From Chlamydiota bacterium (lineage in GTDB: Bacteria; Chlamydiota; Chlamydiia; Chlamydiales; SM23-39): a stretch of 40,766 nt of DNA. Made by a program: the position numbers and the translations under genes. The notes under the pieces are model-generated. The model was not told the origin of the DNA. It worked only from the letters and a program-made list of their open reading frames with translations, and ran no database searches. How positions within the stretch are numbered: the stretch's first letter is position 1; each line of letters starts with the position of its first letter. Below, in pieces: positions 1-9,536 of this stretch. The DNA lies in NCBI GenBank assembly GCA_048498835.1, contig JBEHXF010000015.1, positions 1-40,766 on the forward strand, read 5' to 3'.

Positions 1-890
1 CGGCTCTTGCCATTGAGAGCCATTTTTATGTGCTGACGGGAATGGCAATGGGGCGCTGCGTGTTCGATGAGGGCGTGCATGTGGGCGTGCCGCTCTTCAG
101 AGAGCATGCAAAGGCCTTGCAAGAGGGCCGAGCTATTTTCTTCTGCGAGTTCAAACTTGGCCGAAAATCGCTCTGCTTGGGCGCCGTTCGTTGCATGGAA
201 GACTTCGAGGCGAGCGTCGCGCTTCAAAGTGGAGCGGAGTCCAGCGAAAGCCCAAGCCTCTTTCGGAAGAAGTTGGACGTCGAGGAGTTTGGCTTGAGCG
301 CCGGCTTCCAGCGCAATATCGATTCCACTATTTTGAAAGGGAGCCGAGCCGAAAATTTGTGTCGTTTGAACCAGAGAGAGGCTAGCCTCTTTTCCGAGCG
401 TTATTTGGAGACGTGGGGAAGCGAGCTCAGAGCCTGTTGAAACATGGAGAATGTGGAGAATCTGCTCGAATTTCATTTTGGGCGGCGCGTAGAGAAAAAC
501 GCCTCCATTTTGCTGCGCACTATTGAGCGCGAAGAGCGGATCGGTCTCTTCTCGATCCATCTTTGTCCAGCGGTTTTGGAGAAAAAGGCCGTAGGATTTT
601 AAAGCGGCATCGAGAGGCAAACAGATAAGACCTGCGGGGATATTCGAGAGAGCCGCATCATAAAAACCATCGACAAAGACGAGGTGGAATTCAGAGAGGA
701 GTGTGAGATTTTCTTTGGGCACCGTCGTCTTTTTAGCTGGCTCTGGCCAGATAGTTGCAAGCGAGGTAAGCGGTAGATATTGAAAGCCATCTTGCTTAGA
801 TTTTGGAAAACCAAGCGCAGTGAATCGATCGTACGCTTTTTTGCGCCAAGAAGAAAGTGCGTCTTGCGGCAAGCTAAGGCGTGTCGTCAT
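1..890 (-). CDS. sufD: Fe-S cluster assembly protein SufD (3' end outside window)
   Basis: Not in the ORF track because it runs off the edge. Manual translation from ATG 890 gives MTTRLSLPQDALSSWRKKAYDRFTALGFPKSKQDGFQY...; the same frame near position 1 gives HMHALIEHAAPHCHSRQHIKMALNGKS, typical of SufD. Lies downstream of sufBC. Confidence 0.9.
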   Translation of the reverse strand, partial: MTTRLSLPQDALSSWRKKAYDRFTALGFPKSKQDGFQYLPLTSLATIWPEPAKKTTVPKENLTLLSEFHLVFVDGFYDAALSNIPAGLICLPLDAALKSYGLFLQNRWTKMDREETDPLFALNSAQQNGGVFLYAPPKMKFEQILHILHVSTGSELASPRLQITLGKEASLSLVQTTQIFGSAPFQNSGIDIALEAGAQAKLLDVQLLPKEAWAFAGLRSTLKRDARLEVFHATNGAQAERFSAKFELAEENSSALLQGLCMLSEERHAHMHALIEHAAPHCHSRQHIKMALNGKS

Positions 891-1046
891 TTAAGCCTCT
901 GGGAGATCTTTGATGGATTTTTCTGCAGATTTTCGTGTATACCCGAGGGGCATAGTTGATAACCTAGACCAAGGGCAGCTCCGGAAAGCTGCTGGAAAAG
1001 CCGCAAAGAGCTCTTCATGGCTTAATTGACGGCGGGCCCTAATCAT
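891..1046 (-). CDS. Possible 51-aa small ORF between sufC and sufD
   Basis: ATG 1046 overlaps the sufC stop (ATGA); its TAA (891-893) abuts the sufD ATG. Sequence MIRARRQLSHEELFAAFPAAFRSCPWSRLSTMPLGYTRKSAEKSIKDLPEA; no recognised family. Confidence 0.35.
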   Translation of the reverse strand: MIRARRQLSHEELFAAFPAAFRSCPWSRLSTMPLGYTRKSAEKSIKDLPEA

Positions 1047-1777
1047 GCGTACCCTTTTTCCTCTAGTTCAAGAGCGAGCTCAGGTCCACCTGTGCGGATG
1101 ATTTGGCCATCTGCGAGAACGTGGACAAAGTCAGGGCGAATATAGTCGAGGAGTCGCTGGTAGTGAGTGATGAGGAGGAGCGCTTGATCGGCCGAGCGCA
1201 TCTTATTTACGCCCGCTGCAACAATGCGCATCGCGTCGATATCGAGTCCTGAATCGGTCTCATCGAGAATCGCCAGGTCGGGATTGAACATCGCCATCTG
1301 GAGAATTTCATTTCGCTTCTTCTCTCCGCCAGAAAAACCTTCATTGATCGACCGTTCTTTGAATTCGGAGCGGATTTCCATCATCGCCATTTTTTCAGTG
1401 AGGAGCGCTTCAAATTCTTCGCTCGTGAGAGCGACCTGATCTTGCGCTTTGCGGTGGGCGTTGAGGGCGATTTCGAGGAATTGCTTATTGGATACGCCGC
1501 CGATTTCAACGGGATATTGGAAGCTCATGAAGAGTCCCGCACGAGCTCTTTCTTCCGGTTCCATTTCAAGGAGATTTTGTCCTTTGAACCAAATCTCTCC
1601 TTCTGTCACTTCGTAGGCTGAGTGGCCGGCGAGGATCTTGGCGAGCGTCGATTTTCCTGCGCCATTGGGTCCCATTACGGCGTGGATTTGCCCCTTTTCA
1701 ATCGTCAGGCTGAGCCCTTTCAAGATGGGCTTCCCATCGACGTTGGCATGGAGGTTTTTAATCTGAATTAAGTGCAT
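1043..1777 (-). CDS. sufC: Fe-S cluster assembly ATPase SufC
   Basis: Walker A GPNGAGKST, FQYPVEI, GFSGGEKKRNEILQM, LDETDSGLDIDA, ITHYQRLL. Confidence 0.98.
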   Translation of the reverse strand: MHLIQIKNLHANVDGKPILKGLSLTIEKGQIHAVMGPNGAGKSTLAKILAGHSAYEVTEGEIWFKGQNLLEMEPEERARAGLFMSFQYPVEIGGVSNKQFLEIALNAHRKAQDQVALTSEEFEALLTEKMAMMEIRSEFKERSINEGFSGGEKKRNEILQMAMFNPDLAILDETDSGLDIDAMRIVAAGVNKMRSADQALLLITHYQRLLDYIRPDFVHVLADGQIIRTGGPELALELEEKGYA

Positions 1778-1778
1778 G

Positions 1779-3218
1779 TCATCCTACGGAATGTTCAAGT
1801 TTAAGCGCGAGGAGCTTTTGCGCCTCTGCAGCAAATTCGAGCGGCAGCTCGCGGATCACCTCTTTACAAAATCCATTGACGATGAGGTTGATCGCGTCTT
1901 CTTTGGCCAGACCGCGCGTTTGGAGATAAAAGATCTGCTCTTCATTGAGCTTGGACGTGGAGGCTTCATGCTCCACTTGGGCCGTTTTGTTTCCCACTTC
2001 GATGTAAGGAAATGTGTTGGCGGAGCATCGGTTCCCTACGAGCATCGAATCGCACTGCGTGTAATTGCGAGCCGATTCGGCCTTCGGCGAAATTTTGACA
2101 AGTCCGCGGTACGAATTGTGCGACTCGTCAGCGGAAATTCCCTTCGACACAATCGTCGAGCGGGTGTTCTTGCCGATGTGGAACATCTTCGTTCCGGTGT
2201 CGGCTTGCATTTTACCGTTTGTCAAAGCAACGGAATAAAATTCTCCGACAGAGTGATCGCCGCGCAAGATGCAGCTCGGATATTTCCACGTGATTGCGGC
2301 GCCCGCTTCCACCTGCGTCCACGAAATCTTCGAGTGGGCGCCAGCGCAGAGGCCTCGCTTGGTCACAAAGTTGTAAATTCCACCTTTTCCCGTCTTCGGA
2401 TCGCCAGCATACCAGTTTTGAACGGTCGAATACTTGATTTCAGCCCGATCCAGCGCGATCAATTCAACGACGGCGGCATGGAGTTGGTTTGTATCGAAAG
2501 CGGGCGCTGTGCACCCTTCTAGATAGCTTACAGACGATCCCTCTTCGGCAATGATCAGTGTCCGCTCAAATTGACCTGTCTCTTTTTCGTTGATTCGGAA
2601 ATAGGTAGACAGTTCCATCGGGCTCTTCACGCCCTTCGGAATATAGACAAACGAGCCATCTGAAAAAACAGCCGAATTGAGCGCGGCGAAAAAGTTGTCG
2701 CCTGCAGGCACAACTGAACCGAGATACTTTTCTACGAGTTCTGGGTAGCGATGTACCGCTTCCGAAATCGAGCAAAGAACAACACCCGCCTCATCGAGTT
2801 TTTTGCGGAAGGTCGTGCCGATGGAGACCGAGTCAAAGACCACATCGACGGCTACATTCGTTAGCCGCTTTTGCTCATCGAGAGGGATGCCTAGCTTTTC
2901 AAAGGTTTTTAGGATTTCGGGGTCCACCTCATTGAGGCTGTCGAGACGCGGCTTGGATTTAGGCTCAGAGTAGTAAGAAATTTCTTGATAGTCGATTTTA
3001 GGGTAGTCGGCGTTGAGCCAGTGGGGCTCTTCCATCTCTTTCCATTTTCGGAAGGCCTTCAGCCTAAAGTCCAACAGAAAGGCAGGCTCCCCCTTTTTCG
3101 CTGAAATAGCGCGGACCGTCTCTTCGCTCAGGCCCTTCGGAAAAACATCCGATTCAATCGGCGTAACGAAGCCATACTTATACTCAGTCGCTTGAAACTC
3201 AGACGTATCTGCAGTCAT
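1779..3218 (-). CDS. sufB: Fe-S cluster assembly protein SufB
   Basis: [68 protein letters not shown]. Confidence 0.98.
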   Translation of the reverse strand: MTADTSEFQATEYKYGFVTPIESDVFPKGLSEETVRAISAKKGEPAFLLDFRLKAFRKWKEMEEPHWLNADYPKIDYQEISYYSEPKSKPRLDSLNEVDPEILKTFEKLGIPLDEQKRLTNVAVDVVFDSVSIGTTFRKKLDEAGVVLCSISEAVHRYPELVEKYLGSVVPAGDNFFAALNSAVFSDGSFVYIPKGVKSPMELSTYFRINEKETGQFERTLIIAEEGSSVSYLEGCTAPAFDTNQLHAAVVELIALDRAEIKYSTVQNWYAGDPKTGKGGIYNFVTKRGLCAGAHSKISWTQVEAGAAITWKYPSCILRGDHSVGEFYSVALTNGKMQADTGTKMFHIGKNTRSTIVSKGISADESHNSYRGLVKISPKAESARNYTQCDSMLVGNRCSANTFPYIEVGNKTAQVEHEASTSKLNEEQIFYLQTRGLAKEDAINLIVNGFCKEVIRELPLEFAAEAQKLLALKLEHSVG

Positions 3219-3367
3219 AACTCGGTTCTTATCCTAAATCGGGAAAAGAATATCCCAGATCTACCCTCATTGTCAATTTTTAAATAATTAGAATTCAGAC
3301 ACTAATAATAATTAAAACTGTTAAAATAGTTTTATATATTATAATAAGGAAGGAGCTTGTCTTAATT

Positions 3368-3655
3368 ATGAAAAATGAACTACCTATTCGATCTAAAGTC
3401 CTCATGGCTCAAGAAATTGGAGAAATCATCCAATGTCTGCACCGAGGCCAAAGAAGTCTCGCCGACCTGATGATCGAAGATTTGAAAAGCCGCGCCATCT
3501 ATCTCGATGAGGAGATCCAACAGAGCGTCCTCCAATTCGCCGAGCAGGTCCAGTTCCAATATGACTACGACCCGTGGCATAAAGTGACCCTGGACGTCCA
3601 GCAGGCCGCCGACCACCTCATCGAAGACCTCGGATTCCGCTCCCCTCTCGAATAA
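3368..3655 (+). CDS. Hypothetical protein (95 aa), divergent from suf operon
   Basis: ATG preceded by AAGGAG; acidic, helical-looking composition. Confidence 0.7.
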   Translation: MKNELPIRSKVLMAQEIGEIIQCLHRGQRSLADLMIEDLKSRAIYLDEEIQQSVLQFAEQVQFQYDYDPWHKVTLDVQQAADHLIEDLGFRSPLE

Positions 3656-3725
3656 ACCTGTGCTATACTTTCCCCTAGCAGATGTTCTCCAATGAATTCT
3701 CTATTCAGATTGAAGATATAAATCA

Positions 3726-3801
3726 GAAAAATATCAGCGCAGAGAAAAAGCAGAGGCGCTGAGACGCAGAGAAGAAATGTGAAAATAATCAAAATTCAGA
3801 A
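3726..3801 (+). repeat. Dispersed ~75-bp repeat, copy 1
   Basis: atatcagcgcagagaaaaagcagaggcgctgagacgcagagaagaaat...taatcaaaattcagaa; near-identical to 20367-20442 and, inverted, to 4847-4892. Confidence 0.9.
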
Positions 3802-3819
3802 CACCCTGCTACAAAAGGT

Positions 3820-4257
3820 ATGATTATGTCCTCTCTCCAGATTGAATTTGACCGTGCGTTGGCTTTTATAGCTTCATTAGAAATAGAAAAAATACCGGAC
3901 TTACAAAGACATATCGACCGATTTATTGAACGACTCCGAGATATTCAAAAAATTGCAAACAAGCGTCTTTCTAAAGCTCCCACCGAAAATGAAGCTTCTC
4001 TTTTAAATAAAGTCAAAAAGATTACGGATATGCTGTCTGAAATCCAAAGAAGGGAAAACTTTAGCGCGGACTCCCCTTATCAGGATACTTATCGGAGCTT
4101 TACTAGCGTGCTACAAGCTCAATTGAAGTACAACTGGGATTTTAACGCCGATTATTTCGAAAAGATGCTCAATAGATATGTGAATATCTACAACGAAGCG
4201 CTCAGTTTTGAAGAAGAGAGACGAGAGCTCGATGCAGCTGGCGATTTTTGGAGTTGA
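3820..4257 (+). CDS. Hypothetical helical protein
   Basis: 145-aa ORF filling the space, no recognised motif. Confidence 0.65.
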   Translation: MIMSSLQIEFDRALAFIASLEIEKIPDLQRHIDRFIERLRDIQKIANKRLSKAPTENEASLLNKVKKITDMLSEIQRRENFSADSPYQDTYRSFTSVLQAQLKYNWDFNADYFEKMLNRYVNIYNEALSFEEERRELDAAGDFWS

Positions 4258-4316
4258 CTTTACAAAAAACGAGTGCTAATTTGCTTCGCCATTTCTTTTT
4301 CTAACGGAGCAAATCG

Positions 4317-4805
4317 ATGAACGCACTAGAGCAAATTCAAAACCAATACCGCAACTATCAACAAAATCCCGCTGTTTTAGACAATGTGACAATGGATCAG
4401 TTAGATCGCGCTCTTCAGACAGATCTAAGAGCGAAAGAAGATCTGATCGATGGCACAACCATTCTCAATACAGCTTCTGCCATCGCTTTAATCGTCCTAC
4501 CCATCATCTTTATCGCAATCCCGGGCTGGATCTGTTTTTTTATCACGGCGCCACTGACTTACTACGCTTATGAAATGACGACTGCGACGGACAACGGTTT
4601 GGATATGCTGACAAATCCCAGGATCAGAACGAAATGCCTCATCTCCAAGCCCGAGTGTATGCACCGCGCCTTTTCAACAGCGCCGGTTATGAAGATGATC
4701 ATGTCTTGCGTTAAGATCAATAACCCAAATGATACTTGGGAATCGCTCGCATCGGGTTATTTAGGAGTGGGTGGACAGATCCCGTTCCGCTGGGCAATCA
4801 ACTAA
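4317..4805 (+). CDS. Hypothetical membrane protein with bilobed hydrophobic segment (Inc-like)
   Basis: GGAG RBS; ASAIALIVLPIIFIAIPGWICFFITAPLTYY hydrophobic hairpin. Confidence 0.7.
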   Translation: MNALEQIQNQYRNYQQNPAVLDNVTMDQLDRALQTDLRAKEDLIDGTTILNTASAIALIVLPIIFIAIPGWICFFITAPLTYYAYEMTTATDNGLDMLTNPRIRTKCLISKPECMHRAFSTAPVMKMIMSCVKINNPNDTWESLASGYLGVGGQIPFRWAIN

Positions 4806-4846
4806 GCTTGAGCAGGGACGCAGAGAAAAACACACTTCTCCATTAC

Positions 4847-4892
4847 TCTCTGCGTCTCAGCGCCTCTGCTTTTCCTCTGCGCTGATATTTTC
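4847..4892 (-). repeat. Dispersed repeat, copy 2 (inverted, partial), overlapping the rfbB 3' end
   Basis: Reverse complement gaaaatatcagcgcagaggaaaagcagaggcgctgagacgcagaga; gacgcagaga at 4817-4826 can pair with tctctgcgtc at 4847-4856. Confidence 0.85.
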
Positions 4893-5873
4893 ATTTTGTT
4901 TCAGATAAGAGCGGATTGTTCGTCTGAGCCCAGTCCGCAAATCAATCGTTGGCTCCCAGCCGAGCTCACGTGTGATTTTGGAGTGATCGATCGCATAACG
5001 AAAGTCATGACCGGGCCGATCAGCGACAAAACGGATCAGCGCATGATAAAAAAGAGCATTGACTTGCGTCGCATCAGCGAGTAGCTCGATGAGGAGATGG
5101 AGAAGTTGTAGGTTGGTCTTTTCAGCGTCACCACCAATATCGTAAGTTTCTCCCGTTTTCCCTTTTTGCAAAATCGCCCAAATCGCATCGACATGATCGT
5201 CGACATAGAGCCAATCGCGCACGTTTGTCCCTTGGCCATAGATCGGTAGCTCTTTTCGATTGAGGCAATGGGAGATCATCAGAGGCAGAAATTTCTCTGG
5301 ATGTTGAAAGGGGCCGTAGTTATTCGAACAGTGAGACAGAGTGGTCGATAGACCGTACGTGCGCGCATAGGCCCTGACAAAATGATCAGAAGCGGCTTTA
5401 GAGGCTGAATAGGGAGAATTCGGGCAATAGGGTGAGCTTTCGGAAAAATATCCCTCTTTGCCAAGCGTTCCATACACTTCATCAGTTGAAACATGGTGAA
5501 AGTGAATGTGGGGATGGCGGCGAACGACTTCTAAAAGATGGACCGTCCCCTTCACATTCGTTTCCATGAATGGAAGCGAAGAGGCAATGCTCCGATCGAC
5601 ATGCGTTTCAGCAGCAAAATGGACAATTGCATCGATTTCGTGCTCGCTGCACAGTCGATCGACCAATTCTACATTGTTGATATCGCCCTGCATAAAATAG
5701 TAGCGGGGATGGTTGGTAAAACCATCGAGACTCTCGGGATTTGCTGCGTAGGTTAGCGCATCGAGATTGACGATTTTTCCTGCAAACTCAGATCGGAGCG
5801 TTTTTCGAATAAAGGCCGAACCAATAAAACCCGATCCGCCGGTGACGAGAAGGTTATCGAGGCGCCGGGACAT
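4857..5873 (-). CDS. rfbB: dTDP-glucose 4,6-dehydratase
   Basis: VTGGSGFIGS, HFAAETHVDRSI, VSTDEVYG, PNSPYSASKA, RDWLYVDDH, DRPGHDFRYAID. Confidence 0.97.
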   Translation of the reverse strand: MSRRLDNLLVTGGSGFIGSAFIRKTLRSEFAGKIVNLDALTYAANPESLDGFTNHPRYYFMQGDINNVELVDRLCSEHEIDAIVHFAAETHVDRSIASSLPFMETNVKGTVHLLEVVRRHPHIHFHHVSTDEVYGTLGKEGYFSESSPYCPNSPYSASKAASDHFVRAYARTYGLSTTLSHCSNNYGPFQHPEKFLPLMISHCLNRKELPIYGQGTNVRDWLYVDDHVDAIWAILQKGKTGETYDIGGDAEKTNLQLLHLLIELLADATQVNALFYHALIRFVADRPGHDFRYAIDHSKITRELGWEPTIDLRTGLRRTIRSYLKQNENISAEEKQRR

Positions 5874-6705
5874 GATTCCTCAAATATTCTGGTAGGGTGT
5901 CGCGCCAGTGCCGGGGTTTGTAGATCGACTCGATTTTTGTCGTATCAAAAGCTGAATAAAGAGGGCGTTTGGCTGGAGCTGAAAATTCTGAACTGAGACA
6001 GGGAAGGATCGTTTTACAGCGGATCGGGAAGCCCAAATTGGCAGCTTCCTGCCGCAAGGCTAAAGCAAAATCATATTTGCTCGTCGGTCCCGCATTCGCA
6101 AATTGATAAAGACCTGACCGGTCTTTCATTAAAATCATCACATGGACCAAGTCCGGAACATACGTGGGGCGGCTCACTTGATCTTCGACAAGCCGCAGTT
6201 CTTCCTTCGTTTGCAAAAGTCCAATGAGCTTAGCGACAAAATTTTTCCCGCCGCTTCCATAAATCCACGATGTGCGCAAGATACAAGCTTCAGGATAAAC
6301 AGCTTTGAGTCCTTTTTCCCCTTCCAGTTTAGTCATGCCATAATAATTGCAAGGAGCTACAGGATCAGTTTCCTTTAAGGGTTGTTTGCCTGTGCCAGCA
6401 AAGACATAATCGGTCGAAAGGTGGAGCAGCTTGATTCTTCGCTCCTTTGCTACACGGCCTAAAACTTGGGGTCCTAAAGCATTGGAGCGAAAAGCCGCAT
6501 CGCGCTCTGTCTCCGCTGGATCAACAGCTGAAAAGGCGGCGCAATTGAAGATATGTGTCGGTTTTTCGCGACGGACAAATTCGTCCACTTGACTTGGTTC
6601 AGCGATATCGATTTCTCGCCCTGTCGCCACAAATGGGATGGTCTGTTGAGAAATGAGGTAGCTGCCGACTAAACCTTTAGCGCCGGTTATCCAGACCTTC
6701 ACCAA
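5854..6705 (-). CDS. rfbD: dTDP-4-dehydrorhamnose reductase
   Basis: ITGAKGLVG, NCAAFSAVDPAE, HLSTDYVF, YGMTKLEGE, LRTSWIY, DQVSRPT, AKRPLYS. Confidence 0.95.
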   Translation of the reverse strand: MVKVWITGAKGLVGSYLISQQTIPFVATGREIDIAEPSQVDEFVRREKPTHIFNCAAFSAVDPAETERDAAFRSNALGPQVLGRVAKERRIKLLHLSTDYVFAGTGKQPLKETDPVAPCNYYGMTKLEGEKGLKAVYPEACILRTSWIYGSGGKNFVAKLIGLLQTKEELRLVEDQVSRPTYVPDLVHVMILMKDRSGLYQFANAGPTSKYDFALALRQEAANLGFPIRCKTILPCLSSEFSAPAKRPLYSAFDTTKIESIYKPRHWRDTLPEYLRNHVPAPR

Positions 6706-7228
6706 ATACCTCTTTTAAAAATGGACTCTGTTGATCGCGCAAGGACAAAATGGGCTTAAAGGTAGGCCATTTGATTCCAATATCTGGATCATTCCACCGG
6801 ATCGATCGTTCAGTCGAAGGATCATACAAGGCGCTTACTTTGTAATGGACCGTTGTTTGATCGCTCAAAGCGCAATAGCCATGGGCAAAGCCGACCGGAA
6901 TGAAGAGCATCGCATGATCGACATCATCTAAAACAACCCCTTCCCACTGCCCAAAGGTCTTTGAGCCGGGCCTTAGATCGACTGCCACATCGAAAATCTT
7001 CCCTTGTGGACAGCTCACGAGTTTCGCTTGTCCTGGAGTTTCTTGATAATGAAGAGCGCGAAGCACATCTTTTTTCGACCAAGCCACATTGTCTTGAACA
7101 AACGGAGGCAATCCTAATCTTTCAAACAGTGGCTGGCGAAAACTCTCATAAAAAAAACCCCGCTCATCTCGAAAGATGCGGGGTTTTATGAGTTTTAATC
7201 CAGAAAGTTTGAGATCGATGACATCCAT
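6677..7228 (-). CDS. rfbC: dTDP-4-dehydrorhamnose 3,5-epimerase
   Basis: FRDERGFFYESF, FVQDN, LRALHYQ, QAKLV, DVAVDLR, GFAHGY, WNDPDIGIKWP; start moved to ATG 7228. Confidence 0.96.
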   Translation of the reverse strand: MDVIDLKLSGLKLIKPRIFRDERGFFYESFRQPLFERLGLPPFVQDNVAWSKKDVLRALHYQETPGQAKLVSCPQGKIFDVAVDLRPGSKTFGQWEGVVLDDVDHAMLFIPVGFAHGYCALSDQTTVHYKVSALYDPSTERSIRWNDPDIGIKWPTFKPILSLRDQQSPFLKEVFGEGLDNRR

Positions 7229-7267
7229 AAGAATGGTATTGTCACCCATCGCTCGGATTTTATCCAA

Positions 7268-8374
7268 CTATGTTGTTATCGTCGCAACCGTCGCATAGTG
7301 ATCGGTGAGGAGCTGATCTCCTGCCATCAGCGGTCTAGACTCAACTGCATCGACACGAATTTCCTCTGGTCGGAAAACAAATCCATCCAGTTTCTCTTCA
7401 CATTCGTCGCAAGGCTGTTTCTTACCTCTCAATGCGTGTTTTCCTGCATCGGTGCAAGTGACTTTTTCGAATAGGGCATTTTTAACACCCCAGAAAACAG
7501 TCGTGACGGTTTTCGAAACATCGAAATTGAAATCGCCCATTAAAACGGTTGCCTTCTCGCGGAAGCGATGCATGATGTGCTTTTCGAGTTGCCGCTCTTG
7601 AGCTTTTGAATCGTTGCACGGATAGTTGAGATGGGTATTGATGAAACGGATCTCTCTCCCGTTTACCGGGACGGTGCAGGCCAAGGCGCCTTGCGCAGAC
7701 CAGCGAGAGAGTCCTACTCGATCTTCGAGCGGGAATGGGATAAATTCTACTTCTCTGATTGGCATTTTTGATGCGATCAAAAGACCTGAATTATTGCTGA
7801 CCGGATGATCGGCGCCTAAGTCCCTAACAAAGTACTTGTATCCATTTTCCTTCATCAACCGAATGAATTCATCTTGAGCGGCCAAATTTTCAAATTCTTG
7901 ACCGAGGAAAATCGCAGGGTTTTCTTTTTTAATTTCATGGACTAGCCCCGCGATGCGCGTTTCAAATCCGGGAACCGATTCAAAAGGAGTGACCACTCCA
8001 CCGGTCAAAGGAGACCAGGGATCCTGAAAACAGACGTTATTTGACATGACTTTAATCGATTGCAGATCGTGCTGCGCCGATTCTTGTTCTGCGATGATTT
8101 CAAATCGACCTGTACCCACTGTTGCCGCTAACGCGTAGCAGAGAATGGCAGGAATTCCCAACACCGCCGAAAGAGGAAGAGAAAAAATAGCCGTTGCGAC
8201 ATCTTTTACTCGATTCGCAACGCCGCTCCAATCAGAGCCTTCTCGGTCGGGTCGGGTCAATCGTTCAACGCATCGTCCCAATAGGCGGGCTGGAGCATTG
8301 GCGTAATAACCGGCATAGGTGCACACTTTCTGCAGCGGGCTCACTTGATGTAAAAAAGGATGGATTGTAACCAT
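7268..8374 (-). CDS. Endonuclease/exonuclease/phosphatase (EEP) family protein, sphingomyelinase-like, with N-terminal hydrophobic extension
   Basis: VMSNNV, GQE, NSGLLIASK, INTHL, LMGDFN, KLDG, LTDHY motifs in DNase I-like order. Confidence 0.85.
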   Translation of the reverse strand: MVTIHPFLHQVSPLQKVCTYAGYYANAPARLLGRCVERLTRPDREGSDWSGVANRVKDVATAIFSLPLSAVLGIPAILCYALAATVGTGRFEIIAEQESAQHDLQSIKVMSNNVCFQDPWSPLTGGVVTPFESVPGFETRIAGLVHEIKKENPAIFLGQEFENLAAQDEFIRLMKENGYKYFVRDLGADHPVSNNSGLLIASKMPIREVEFIPFPLEDRVGLSRWSAQGALACTVPVNGREIRFINTHLNYPCNDSKAQERQLEKHIMHRFREKATVLMGDFNFDVSKTVTTVFWGVKNALFEKVTCTDAGKHALRGKKQPCDECEEKLDGFVFRPEEIRVDAVESRPLMAGDQLLTDHYATVATITT

Positions 8375-8508
8375 GGTAACCTGCCCTATTTAATGGGCCT
8401 ATATTTTACCCCTGACTACGAATATCCCCCTACCATTAAAAAAATAAATACAACAAAGGTCCACACGATGCGCGCGAGTTACCTGGCTCTGTGGTGAGTT
8501 TTTCGAAT

Positions 8509-8541
8509 CGGGCACGGGCACGCACACGGGCACGGGCACGG
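8509..8541. repeat. Hexamer tandem repeat (CGGGCA)n, one imperfect unit
   Basis: cgggca cgggca cgcaca cgggca cgggca cgg. Confidence 0.9.
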
Positions 8542-8587
8542 CCGCTTCGCGTACACTTTTTTTCTCGGTGGTGAATTTTTTTTGGAG

Positions 8588-8694
8588 TGCGGGGCTTCCC
8601 CGCATCCTGTCGCCGCTTTTGCGGCGATCTTGCCCGCACGTTTCGTGCGGATCTTTGTTATTTCTTTTTATCCGGCGCTTCGCCGGATCTTTTG
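8588..8694. other. Array of four short GC-rich perfect hairpins
   Basis: tgcgggg-ctt-ccccgca 8588-8604; tcgccgc-tttt-gcggcga 8610-8627; ccgcacg-ttt-cgtgcgg 8634-8650; atccggcg-ctt-cgccggat 8670-8688. Confidence 0.85.
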
Positions 8695-8702
8695 TTTTCT
8701 GT

Positions 8703-9455
8703 TTAGGGTTTCATGGCGACGACGGTGGCATTGCGGCCTGTGTCCTTTTCTACCCGGTGAGAGAAATAATCATCGGTGCTGCAAAAGGTGCAGACCCCTG
8801 CTATCTCGATGTTTTTTTCGAGCACTCCACACTTAGTCAACTGCATTTTGCTAATCGACCAGAAATCAAAGTGGAGCGGTTTTTTCTGAAAGTCCCAAAA
8901 ATCTTTCGGAAGCTCATGTTTATAGTTTTTGAACTCCGCATGATCGGGGCCAAGAGAAGGAGAAATGCAGACAATGAGATTATGAGGCTGCGTTCCGAGC
9001 TCTCTTTGCATCGTCTCGATGAGACGGGCATAGATGTTTTGAGCGCTTCCACGCCAGCCAGAATGAACAACCGCAATCGCTTCATGAACAGGATCATAGA
9101 GAATGGCCGCTTGGCAATCGGCATGAGTCACGCCGAGGCCTAGATTTTTTTCGGTTGTATACAGAGCATCTGCTTGGGGTATCTGATCGATATTTTTAGC
9201 GGTGACGCGGTGGACGTTTACACCGTGGTTTTGATGAGCGAAGAGAACTTTTGGCACGCCGATCGCTTTGCGGATTAATTCCCGATTTAATTTAACATGG
9301 TCTGGATTGTCCGAGGTTCCTTCACCGACGTTGAGCGTACCGAAGCGGCCAGCACTCACTCCGCCATGCCGAGTAAATGTGCCGTGAAGAACATGCGGGT
9401 AGGTTTCCAATAAATCATATTCCAACCATTCTAACTTTGCTTTATCGAATTCCAT
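8703..9455 (-). CDS. pgeF: PgeF/YfiH family (peptidoglycan editing factor / purine nucleoside phosphorylase)
   Basis: FTRHGGVS, LNVG, QNHG, ADAL, HADC, VHSGWRG, SPSLGP, CTFC, FSHR, GRN; start placed at ATG 9455 after GGAG. Confidence 0.92.
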   Translation of the reverse strand: MEFDKAKLEWLEYDLLETYPHVLHGTFTRHGGVSAGRFGTLNVGEGTSDNPDHVKLNRELIRKAIGVPKVLFAHQNHGVNVHRVTAKNIDQIPQADALYTTEKNLGLGVTHADCQAAILYDPVHEAIAVVHSGWRGSAQNIYARLIETMQRELGTQPHNLIVCISPSLGPDHAEFKNYKHELPKDFWDFQKKPLHFDFWSISKMQLTKCGVLEKNIEIAGVCTFCSTDDYFSHRVEKDTGRNATVVAMKP

Positions 9456-9536
9456 ACGTTCTCCACTTTTTCTTCTTAGTACCAAAAATCGATTTGAGTT
9501 AACAGCAAATTTAGAAACCACTAAACTTTTTTACTT

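Noticed and set aside
30..2775. Plus-strand and alternative-frame ORFs such as 30..440, 599..814 and 1776..2522
   Set aside because: Shadows of sufD, sufC and sufB
8399..9143. ORFs 8399..8605, 8436..8639, 8568..9143 and 8582..8836
   Set aside because: They arise from the GC-rich hairpin/hexamer region or are antisense to pgeF; low-complexity products
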